Shown in pieces: positions 30,579 to 38,444 of a stretch of DNA of 64,000 nt (its first letter is position 1; every line of letters begins with the position of its first letter). The notes below the pieces were generated by a model. That model searched no databases. It was not told the DNA's origin and was given only the letters and a program-made list of their open reading frames with translations. Made by a program: the position numbers and the translations under genes. This DNA is from Cyanobacteria bacterium REEB446 (lineage in GTDB: Bacteria; Cyanobacteriota; Vampirovibrionia; LMEP-6097): NCBI GenBank assembly GCA_018970325.1, contig JAGWWP010000001.1, positions 74,570 through 138,569 of the forward strand. The letters run 5' to 3'.

Positions 30579-31322
30579 TTAAAGCACCTTAGCTTCATTT
30601 TTCAGAGCTTCTAAAAGCTGTTTAGCAGTCTCTTGAGCAGATCCCTCAAAAATCTTCACACCAGTACGTGCGGCTGGCAGTTTAGCTTCCACTGGATTTA
30701 ATCCAGTAGCACTTTCTATGCTCACATCTATTTCTTCTAAAGGTTTTTTCTTAGCTTTCATTAAACCCATTACTGATGCGTATCTCGGCTCATCTTTACC
30801 TTTATCGCAGGTTATTAAGGCTGGCAGGCTTAATTCGAATTTCTCTACACCAGTAGGCACTTCTCTTTCAGCGATTAATTTACCATTTTCCCATTCAATT
30901 TTATTTACATTAGCCAGCATAGGTATATCTAAATGTGCAGCTACTCCAGCTTCTAGCCATACTGCTTCTATATCTATATTTTTTTTACCAGCAAGAATTA
31001 GATTTACACCTAGTTCTTTTATTTTTTCGGCTAAAGGTTTAGCATTTAATTTATCTGATTTAAGTAAGACACCCTGATCTGCTCCCATCGCTAATCCTGA
31101 ACGAATGGCAGAGACGGTTCTCTCTGGACCTAAGGCTACTAATATAATTTCTGAGACCGCATCATTAGCTTCTTTAAGCTTTAGAGCTTTTTCTACAGCG
31201 AATTCAGCATAAGGATTTAAAATCCAGTCTATACCTGCTTCACTGATAGATTTTCCATCTGCTCCGATCTCTATTTTAGTCGTAGTGTCAGGTACTTGGC
31301 TAACGATTACAGCTATTTTCAT
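30579..31322 (-). CDS. etfB: Electron transfer flavoprotein beta subunit
   Basis: QVPDT, LNPYAEFAVE, LAMGAD, EPRYAS. Confidence 0.92.
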   Translation of the reverse strand: MKIAVIVSQVPDTTTKIEIGADGKSISEAGIDWILNPYAEFAVEKALKLKEANDAVSEIILVALGPERTVSAIRSGLAMGADQGVLLKSDKLNAKPLAEKIKELGVNLILAGKKNIDIEAVWLEAGVAAHLDIPMLANVNKIEWENGKLIAEREVPTGVEKFELSLPALITCDKGKDEPRYASVMGLMKAKKKPLEEIDVSIESATGLNPVEAKLPAARTGVKIFEGSAQETAKQLLEALKNEAKVL

Positions 31323-31575
31323 ATTATTTAGGATATACCCAAAACTAAGCTTTCTCTAAATTTTTATTATCAAATAATTTGTATTGCATGATTTGTCTTA
31401 ACACTAGAGGTAGCAAAAAGAAGGCCACAAAATTCAGTATTAACACTATAAAAGTAACTACAGAACCGTAAATTAAGTAATCTGTGTCAGTCATGGAATA
31501 CTTCCTATCAAATTATAGCAGGCTATCACTTTATATAGTCAAAGCATAGAATGCTATGAATTAGGGAGATTTAAG

Positions 31576-31872
31576 ATGTCACAAGGATTATTAAGACCAG
31601 TTTATCACCAGCTAGAAGAAGATAGCAGAGATAGAGGCGTTAAATCCTTTGAAAGAAATCCAGAATTTGAAAGATTTGCTCTCTGGTTTAATTCATTTTT
31701 AAAAATACAAAACAAGTCCTATCAAAAACGTAGAAATGATGCTTGGTTAAAACAAGGGAATCGCTTCTGGGGTAATTATGATCGTGGAGCAGCTGGGACT
31801 TATAAGTCTTTAAATGAAAGAACTAGTAAAGAGTTCGTAAAATCAGTATCCTTTATGTCTGAGTTGGTTTAG
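31576..31872 (+). CDS. Small hypothetical protein, paralog A
   Basis: RBS agggag; N-terminal half similar to the next small ORF. Confidence 0.7.
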   Translation: MSQGLLRPVYHQLEEDSRDRGVKSFERNPEFERFALWFNSFLKIQNKSYQKRRNDAWLKQGNRFWGNYDRGAAGTYKSLNERTSKEFVKSVSFMSELV

Positions 31873-31950
31873 ATTTTTCAAAATAAATATCAAAAATAGT
31901 AACGAGCTTTCTTTATATATTCAGAGAGATTAAGCAAAGGGGATAGAAAA

Positions 31951-32100
31951 ATGAATTTAGGATTAATAAGACCAGTTTATAAACAAAATAAAGAGTCTGA
32001 TAATCTTTCGTCTAAATCTATTTCTCTTAATACGAGTGCTGAGAAAGCTGCTCTATGGTTTAACCTTTATTCTAAAATGAAAACAGAGACTTACAGATAA
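31951..32100 (+). CDS. Uncalled 49-aa protein, paralog B
   Basis: MNLGLIRPVYKQNKESDNLSSKSISLNTSAEKAALWFNLYSKMKTETYR*; RBS aagggga; shares GLxRPVYxQ and ALWFN with 31576..31872. Confidence 0.7.
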   Translation: MNLGLIRPVYKQNKESDNLSSKSISLNTSAEKAALWFNLYSKMKTETYR

Positions 32101-32165
32101 ATTCGGTCTTTCACAGAATTTTTTAAAAACTCGTTCAAGCTTCTAGCTCTATAATTATCTTAATA

Positions 32166-33368
32166 ATGAAACTTTACTCGGATTATAGGGTACTCCCATC
32201 TTTAAGGCTCGTAGACATGCCTCCATATGCGTTTGGGCAGTTAGATGAGCTGAAAATGGAAGTCGCCGCCGAGGGTAAAGAACTTATAGATTTAAGCCTA
32301 GGTTCACCAGATCGTCCTACGCATCCAACAGTTTTAAAAGCCTTATATGAAGGTATGCAGAAACTGCGTAATCAGCAGTATCCTATTTTTAGTGGTTTAC
32401 CTGCTTTTAAAGAACGTATCTGTGAGTGGTTTTCAGCTCGTTTTGGAGTTACACTTGATCCAGCTACTCATGTTTTACCGTTAATAGGTTCTAAGGAAGG
32501 AATAGGCCATCTAGCCTTCGCCTATATTCAGGAAGGTGATATAACCATCACCCCCAGCCCTTATTATCCAGTGCATATGCGTGCAACAACGCTTTCTGGT
32601 GGACAGGTTTATGAACTACCATTAAAACCAGAGAATCAGTATGTCGGCGATTTAGACGCTATTCCAGAAGATGTTTTAATTAGAGCTAAGATTATGATTC
32701 TTAGTTATCCGCATAATCCTACAGGAGCCTCTGTGAATAAGGCTTATCTTAAGAAAGCTGTGGATCTTTGTAAAAAATATAACATTATTTTACTTAATGA
32801 TTTAGCCTACTCTGAGATTTGGTTCGATGAGCATAAATCAAGCTCAATTCTAGAAGTAGAGGGAGCTATGGATGTAGCGATAGAGTTTCATACTTTTTCT
32901 AAAACTTATAATATGGCTGGAATGAGGCTGGGATTTGCTTGTGGTAACCCAGAGATAATTCATACTCTTTATAAACTTAAAACTAATTTAGATTATGGCG
33001 TCTGCATGGGTATTCAGGAAGCTGGTATCGCAGCACTTAATCTAGGTGATGATTACAGAGAAGAAATTCGTTTGGAGTATGAAAGAAGGCGAGATTATTT
33101 AGTCCCACGCTTAAGAAATATTGGTTTTAAACCGATGAATCCGAAAGGAGCTATGTATGTCTGGGTGCCGATTAATGTAACTTCGTTGGAGTTTGCGACT
33201 AAGTTATTAAAGGAGACTGGTGTTTCTGTGGTTCCTGGAGTGACTTTCGGGGCTAATGGTGAAGGTCATATTCGTATAGCGATGGTACAGAATGTGCCGG
33301 CATTGGAAAGGGCTTGTGATGGTATAGAAGCTTTTTGCAAGAGCCATCCACTTGCTTTGCAGGTTTAG
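32166..33368 (+). CDS. PLP-dependent class I/II aminotransferase (LL-diaminopimelate aminotransferase-like)
   Basis: LIGSKEG, YPHNPTG, DLAYSE, FSKTYNMAGMRLG. Confidence 0.88.
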   Translation: MKLYSDYRVLPSLRLVDMPPYAFGQLDELKMEVAAEGKELIDLSLGSPDRPTHPTVLKALYEGMQKLRNQQYPIFSGLPAFKERICEWFSARFGVTLDPATHVLPLIGSKEGIGHLAFAYIQEGDITITPSPYYPVHMRATTLSGGQVYELPLKPENQYVGDLDAIPEDVLIRAKIMILSYPHNPTGASVNKAYLKKAVDLCKKYNIILLNDLAYSEIWFDEHKSSSILEVEGAMDVAIEFHTFSKTYNMAGMRLGFACGNPEIIHTLYKLKTNLDYGVCMGIQEAGIAALNLGDDYREEIRLEYERRRDYLVPRLRNIGFKPMNPKGAMYVWVPINVTSLEFATKLLKETGVSVVPGVTFGANGEGHIRIAMVQNVPALERACDGIEAFCKSHPLALQV

Positions 33369-33369
33369 T

Positions 33370-33427
33370 GAGACCACCGCACAACTCCATTTTCTGCGTT
33401 TTTGTCTTTCTGCGTTTTCGTCGTCCT
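33370..33427 (-). repeat. 3'-half copy of the palindromic element with an internal tandem duplication
   Basis: gagaccaccgcacaactccattttctgcgtttt matches 4013-4045; second tttctgcgttttcgtcgtcct follows; fills the gap between convergent genes. Confidence 0.88.
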
Positions 33428-34265
33428 AATTGTCGTTTTTCGGTAAAACTCGAAAAGCTAGATAAGTAAAACCCGTAATAATTAAAAATAAAACCCACGC
33501 TAATGCACTAGCATAGCCCATTTCGAAATCTTCGAAGGCTTTTTGGTATATGTACAGTGAATAGAAAAGAGTCGCATTTTTAGGTCCACCAGAGGTCATA
33601 ACATAGGCTGGCACGAAATATTGGAAGACTTGAATTATGCCTATAACGACATTAAACAGTATGACTGGGCTAAGTGAAGGTAAAGTTATATGCCAGAATT
33701 TTTGCCATTCGCTTGCAGAGTCTATATCAGCAGATTCATAAAGATAAGTCGGGATATTTTTAAGCCCGGCTAAGTAGATCAGCATAGGGTTTCCTAATGA
33801 CCAGAGGCTAATTATAACTAAAGCTGGCAGTGCTAAATTTTCATCTGAAAGGAAGCTAGGAGTGTGAATTTTTTTAAATAACCATATCCAAGTAACACTA
33901 GAAGCGACGATAGGAATGATAGTCGGAATATAGAATAGTGTGCGAAAAAAGCTAGAGCCTTTTATATCTTCTTGATTTAAGAGTATGGCTAGGGCGATAG
34001 CGACTATAGTTCCTAGAGAGAGGTTCATGATAGCGAAGCTGAGCGTCACTCGTAAAGAAGTGTAAAGACTCTCATCTGTAAAAAGCCTAGAATAATTCGT
34101 AAGCCCGATAAAATCTGGAATATTTAAACCATCATAATTAGTAAAAGACAGGCAGAGACTAGCGAGTAAAGGCCCTAAAAAGAAGCAGAGAAACCCAAAA
34201 AACCATGGAAATATAAAGAACAGCGAAGTCTGAAATTTATCTAGCTTACTGCGTCGATTAACCAT
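33426..34265 (-). CDS. Carbohydrate ABC transporter permease
   Basis: EAA loop LYESADIDSASEWQKFWHITLP; FEMGYASALAW. Confidence 0.9.
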   Translation of the reverse strand: MVNRRSKLDKFQTSLFFIFPWFFGFLCFFLGPLLASLCLSFTNYDGLNIPDFIGLTNYSRLFTDESLYTSLRVTLSFAIMNLSLGTIVAIALAILLNQEDIKGSSFFRTLFYIPTIIPIVASSVTWIWLFKKIHTPSFLSDENLALPALVIISLWSLGNPMLIYLAGLKNIPTYLYESADIDSASEWQKFWHITLPSLSPVILFNVVIGIIQVFQYFVPAYVMTSGGPKNATLFYSLYIYQKAFEDFEMGYASALAWVLFLIITGFTYLAFRVLPKNDN

Positions 34266-34993
34266 TTTTCGACCGTATAAACAGTGGCTTCTCTATTCGC
34301 TCTAGCGATACTATCAGTAAGAGGAATCTCTTTAGGACAGGCTTTTACACAGTTCTGTGCGTTACCACAGTTATTTAAACCATTATCTACTAAGGCTTCT
34401 ATTCTGTCACCCTTAGTGCTAACACCGTTAGGGTGGCTGTTAAATAATACAGCTTGAGAAATCGCTTGAGGGCCGATAAACTCCAGATCATTAGTCCACT
34501 GCGGACAGGCTTCTAAGCAGCAGCCACAGGTCATGCATCTACTCAATACATAATTCTTTTCTTGTTCATGAGGGTAGACTTTAGGTCCTTCGCCTAAGTC
34601 GTAGACACCATCTATCTCTATCCAAGCTTTAACTTTTTTAAGAGCATTAAACATCTGCGATCTATCGACGACTAGGTCTCTTCTGACTGGAAATTTAGTC
34701 ATAGGTTCTAATTTAATCGGCTGAGAAAGCTTATCTACAAGAGCGGTACAAGCCTGTCTTACTTTTCCATTAACTATCATGGTGCAAGAACCACAGACTT
34801 CTTCTAGGCAAGCACTTTCAAATGACACGGGGGTAGTAGCCTTACCATCACAAGTAGAAGGAAACTGTCTAGTCGCCATTAATAGTGTCGTGACGTTCAT
34901 GCCGTCTTCATAAGGGACTTCGAATTCATCTAGGTATGGCTTAGAACTTGGTTCGTCCTGTCTTTTTACTGAGAATTTAACTGTTTTACTCAT
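34241..34993 (-). CDS. sdhB: Succinate dehydrogenase/fumarate reductase Fe-S subunit
   Basis: CLEEVCGSC, CMTCGCCLEACP, CGNAQNCVKACP. Confidence 0.93.
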   Translation of the reverse strand: MSKTVKFSVKRQDEPSSKPYLDEFEVPYEDGMNVTTLLMATRQFPSTCDGKATTPVSFESACLEEVCGSCTMIVNGKVRQACTALVDKLSQPIKLEPMTKFPVRRDLVVDRSQMFNALKKVKAWIEIDGVYDLGEGPKVYPHEQEKNYVLSRCMTCGCCLEACPQWTNDLEFIGPQAISQAVLFNSHPNGVSTKGDRIEALVDNGLNNCGNAQNCVKACPKEIPLTDSIARANREATVYTVEKWLIDAVS

Positions 34994-35222
34994 AGAGGTT
35001 TATAGAAAATATGATCTTAATTTAATTAGACCACTTTATACTAAAGATTTTAACATTCAGTACTAAGCTACTTTAATAATTTTTTTTAGTATTTTTTAAC
35101 TAGAGGATAATATTATCTGATTGTTGATCACCCAAAAGCTATGGACTTGCTAACATAATTTATAAAGAGTTCTGTTTAACCATCTTTAAATTAAGTTAAG
35201 AAATTTCGTGAATAGATAACGA

Positions 35223-35714
35223 ATGTCTAAAAAATCTAAAAAAAAGAAAAAAGATAATTTACCAGGTTCCGCTACTGTAGCTAGAAATCGTAAGGCTAGT
35301 TTTGATTTTCATTTAGGTAAGGAGTTCGTAGCAGGTATAGTGCTTCAGGGTACTGAAGTTAAATCCGTGCGTAATGGGCAGGTTCAGCTTAAAGGTGCTT
35401 ACGCAAAGGTTATAGACGGTGAGGTTTTTTTATTTAACTGTCATATATCTGAATACGCTTTCGGAAATAGATATAATCATGAGCCACTCAGAGCGAAGAA
35501 GCTGCTTTTAAATAAAGACGAAATTTTTAAATTAGAGCAGAAAATAAAATTAAATAATCAGACGCTAGTCGCTAGTAAAATTTTCTTTAAAAGAAATTAT
35601 GCGAAGGTTCTTCTACATTTAGCCGAAGGTAAGCAGAAGGGCGATAAGCGTGAGGCTATTAAGAAGAAGGACATGCAGCGTGAGCTTGCGAGGGATGCTA
35701 GTAATTGGGGTTAG
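35223..35714 (+). CDS. smpB: SsrA-binding protein
   Basis: NRKA.FDF, AGIVLQGTEVKS, NHEPLR.KKLLL, DKRE. Confidence 0.96.
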   Translation: MSKKSKKKKKDNLPGSATVARNRKASFDFHLGKEFVAGIVLQGTEVKSVRNGQVQLKGAYAKVIDGEVFLFNCHISEYAFGNRYNHEPLRAKKLLLNKDEIFKLEQKIKLNNQTLVASKIFFKRNYAKVLLHLAEGKQKGDKREAIKKKDMQRELARDASNWG

Positions 35715-35781
35715 GCAGAGTCTTTATTAAAATCCCTATAAATTTCAGTCATTGAGAGTCGGTTTGCTAAAATAGCTTTTT

Positions 35782-36615
35782 ATGCTAGAAATATTAGAAA
35801 AAAACAGTCAGGAAACAAGCACTATGCAGGATTTTAAATTTACAGGTTCGCTGAAAAATAAAGTAGCGATAGTTACAGGTGGAACTAGGGGCATAGGAAA
35901 GGCTATAGCAGAGCTTTTCATTAGTGAAGGAGCTAAAGTTATAATTACAGGACGTTCTGTAGAGAGTACTGCTGCTGTGGAAATCAATTCTAGTATTCAG
36001 AAAGTGGCTCAGAGTGCTGCTGCTGAGATAAATATAGGCGAAGCTTTTTATAAGTCATGTGAAATGTCTAATAAAGAGCAGGTGAAAAGTTTAATAGAGA
36101 CTGTGGTAGCTGAGCATCAAAGATTAGATGTTTTAGTTAATAACGCTGGTATCACGAAGGATAATCTTTTTATTCGCATGAAAGAAGAAGAGTGGAACGA
36201 TGTTATAGACACGAATTTAAATAGTTTGTTTTATATCTGCCAGTCTGCGATTAAAGTTATGTCTAAACAGAAATCAGGTGCTCTTATTAATATGACTTCT
36301 GTGGTGGGTTTACATGGTAATCCAGCTCAGTGTAATTATTCTGCGAGCAAGGGCGGGATGATAGCTTTTACTAAAGCTTTAGCTAAAGAGTATGGGCGTC
36401 GTGGTATTAGAGCTAACTGTATAGCTCCGGGGTTTATTAAAACTGATATGACAGCAGAACTTCCCGAAGACGTACAGGCTAAATATAAAGAAAATATTCC
36501 ATTGGGCGATATGGGAATGGCTAGAGATATCGCAGAGACAGCCTTATTTTTAGCAGCTTCTGCTAATTACATAACAGGACAGGTAATACAGGTTGATGGC
36601 GGCTTATTTATGTAG
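35782..36615 (+). CDS. fabG: 3-oxoacyl-ACP reductase
   Basis: TGGTRGIG, NNAGITKD, YSASK; upstream of acpP. Confidence 0.93.
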   Translation: MLEILEKNSQETSTMQDFKFTGSLKNKVAIVTGGTRGIGKAIAELFISEGAKVIITGRSVESTAAVEINSSIQKVAQSAAAEINIGEAFYKSCEMSNKEQVKSLIETVVAEHQRLDVLVNNAGITKDNLFIRMKEEEWNDVIDTNLNSLFYICQSAIKVMSKQKSGALINMTSVVGLHGNPAQCNYSASKGGMIAFTKALAKEYGRRGIRANCIAPGFIKTDMTAELPEDVQAKYKENIPLGDMGMARDIAETALFLAASANYITGQVIQVDGGLFM

Positions 36616-36682
36616 TATCCTTGACTCTTGTTATTATTTTTGAGTAGAATTTTTTGTTGAGTTAAAAAGGAATAAAAGTAAA

Positions 36683-36934
36683 ATGAATAGAGACGAAGCG
36701 TTAAAGAGAATATCTAAGGTTGTGGCTGGTCAGCTAAGCTTAGACGAAGGTGAAATTCAAGAATCTTCAAGTTTCACAGCTGATTTGGGTGCTGATTCTT
36801 TAGATACAGTTGAATTGGTTATGGCCTTTGAAGACGAGTTTGGTGTAGAAATACCAGATGAAGACGCAGAAAAAATTACTACTGTAGCTGCTGCAGTAGA
36901 TTATGTAGTAGGTAAAGCTACAGCTGCTAACTAA
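36683..36934 (+). CDS. acpP: Acyl carrier protein
   Basis: [14 protein letters not shown]. Confidence 0.97.
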   Translation: MNRDEALKRISKVVAGQLSLDEGEIQESSSFTADLGADSLDTVELVMAFEDEFGVEIPDEDAEKITTVAAAVDYVVGKATAAN

Positions 36935-36938
36935 CTTC

Positions 36939-38246
36939 GTGTTTTTAAGATCCGAGGAATTATTTAATACCGCAAAAGCCCTAATGCCAGGTGGAGTAAA
37001 TTCACCCGTTAGGGCTTTTAGGTCTGTAGGTGCTGCACACCCCATTTTTTTTAAATCAGCGAAAGGCTCGAAGCTTTACGATGTTGATGGAAATGAATAT
37101 ATAGACTATATCGGTTCTTGGGGGCCGATGATACATGGTCATGCAGATCCAGATATAGAAGCCGCTGCTATTGAGGCTTTAAAGCATAGTCCTAGCTTTG
37201 GAGCACCTACTGAGCTTGAGAATTTAATGGCGGCAGAAGTTATTAAATTAGTGCCATCTATTGAGATGGTACGCATGGTGAATTCTGGTACTGAAGCAGT
37301 ACTTTCAGCTATTAGGCTAGCGAGAGCCTTTACTGCTAAGCTAAATCCTAAGAAAAATAAAGTTATTAAATTTAAAGGCTGTTACCACGGGCATGTAGAT
37401 GCATTATTAGTGCAAGCTGGTTCTGGTGTGGCGACATTAGGTTTACCAGACAGTTTAGGGGTGAACAGTAATGTAACTCAAGATACTATAGTGCTTAATT
37501 TTAATGATTTCTCTAGTCTAGAAGAAGCTTTCAGGCGAGAAGGTGAATTAATTTCAGCGATTATCGTTGAGCCTATTATCGGCAATGGTGGCTGTATACT
37601 GCCAGAGGCTGGTTTTCTAGAGGCTTTAAGAGCTGTTTGTGATAAATACGAATCGCTATTAATCTTTGATGAGGTAATGACTGGTTTTAGAGTCGCTTTA
37701 GGTGGAGCGCAAGAAAAATATTCTGTAATGCCCGACATTACTACACTTGGTAAGGTTATCGGTGGTGGCTTTCCTGTAGGTGCTTATGGTGCTCGCAAGG
37801 AAATAATGGAGCTAGTGGCTCCAGCTGGGGCTATGTATCAAGCTGGTACTCTATCTGGTAATCCTGTAGCTATGGCAGCAGGGCTTGCCGCTCTTAAAAA
37901 ATTACAGGAAGTAGGTTTTTATGATGATTTAACTGCTAAGACGCAGTATTTAATTAAAGGTTTAAAAGCGGCGAGTGGAGATACTTCAGTACAGTTCGTG
38001 GAAGCTGCTGGTATGTTTGGGATGTTCTTCTCTAAGACTGTGGTTAAAAATTTTGATGAGGCAAAAGCCTCTGAGGTAGAGTTTTTTAAAAAATATTATA
38101 TGGAGATGCTTAAGCGTGGTATTTATTTAGCACCATCTGCCTTTGAAGCTTTCTTTATGAGCGCTGCTCATAGTTATGAAGATTTGGATAAGACTATAGA
38201 AGCACATAAGAGTTCTATTTTATTTTTGAATCAAGTTTTGGTTTAA
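36939..38246 (+). CDS. hemL: Glutamate-1-semialdehyde 2,1-aminomutase
   Basis: PGGVNSPVRAF, SGTEA, GCYHGH, DEVMTGFR, LGKVIGGG. Confidence 0.96.
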   Translation: MFLRSEELFNTAKALMPGGVNSPVRAFRSVGAAHPIFFKSAKGSKLYDVDGNEYIDYIGSWGPMIHGHADPDIEAAAIEALKHSPSFGAPTELENLMAAEVIKLVPSIEMVRMVNSGTEAVLSAIRLARAFTAKLNPKKNKVIKFKGCYHGHVDALLVQAGSGVATLGLPDSLGVNSNVTQDTIVLNFNDFSSLEEAFRREGELISAIIVEPIIGNGGCILPEAGFLEALRAVCDKYESLLIFDEVMTGFRVALGGAQEKYSVMPDITTLGKVIGGGFPVGAYGARKEIMELVAPAGAMYQAGTLSGNPVAMAAGLAALKKLQEVGFYDDLTAKTQYLIKGLKAASGDTSVQFVEAAGMFGMFFSKTVVKNFDEAKASEVEFFKKYYMEMLKRGIYLAPSAFEAFFMSAAHSYEDLDKTIEAHKSSILFLNQVLV

Positions 38247-38444
38247 CGTAAATAGGACCTTCTACTAAATATTTCAAAAATCTCTTTACTTTTAAATTTA
38301 TTTCAGTTATACTTCTATCCAATATTTTTTTATAAATTAAGAAAATATTTTACTTGATTTATAAAACACTGACTTGGAGAAGGGTTCCCCTTGCCTTTGA
38401 GGTGATAAGAAAATTTAGCAGAAGTAGAGCTAAATCTAAAATAA

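Noticed and set aside
33253-33498. 81-aa minus-strand ORF
   Set aside because: Spans two real gene ends and the repeat remnant.
34994-35781. tmRNA near smpB
   Set aside because: No tRNA-like ends or tag reading frame in the flanks.
38247-38444. Purine riboswitch upstream of guaA; loose inverted repeat ggaccttctactaa/ttggagaagggttcc
   Set aside because: No purine-aptamer core motifs seen; the inverted repeat is too degenerate to call.
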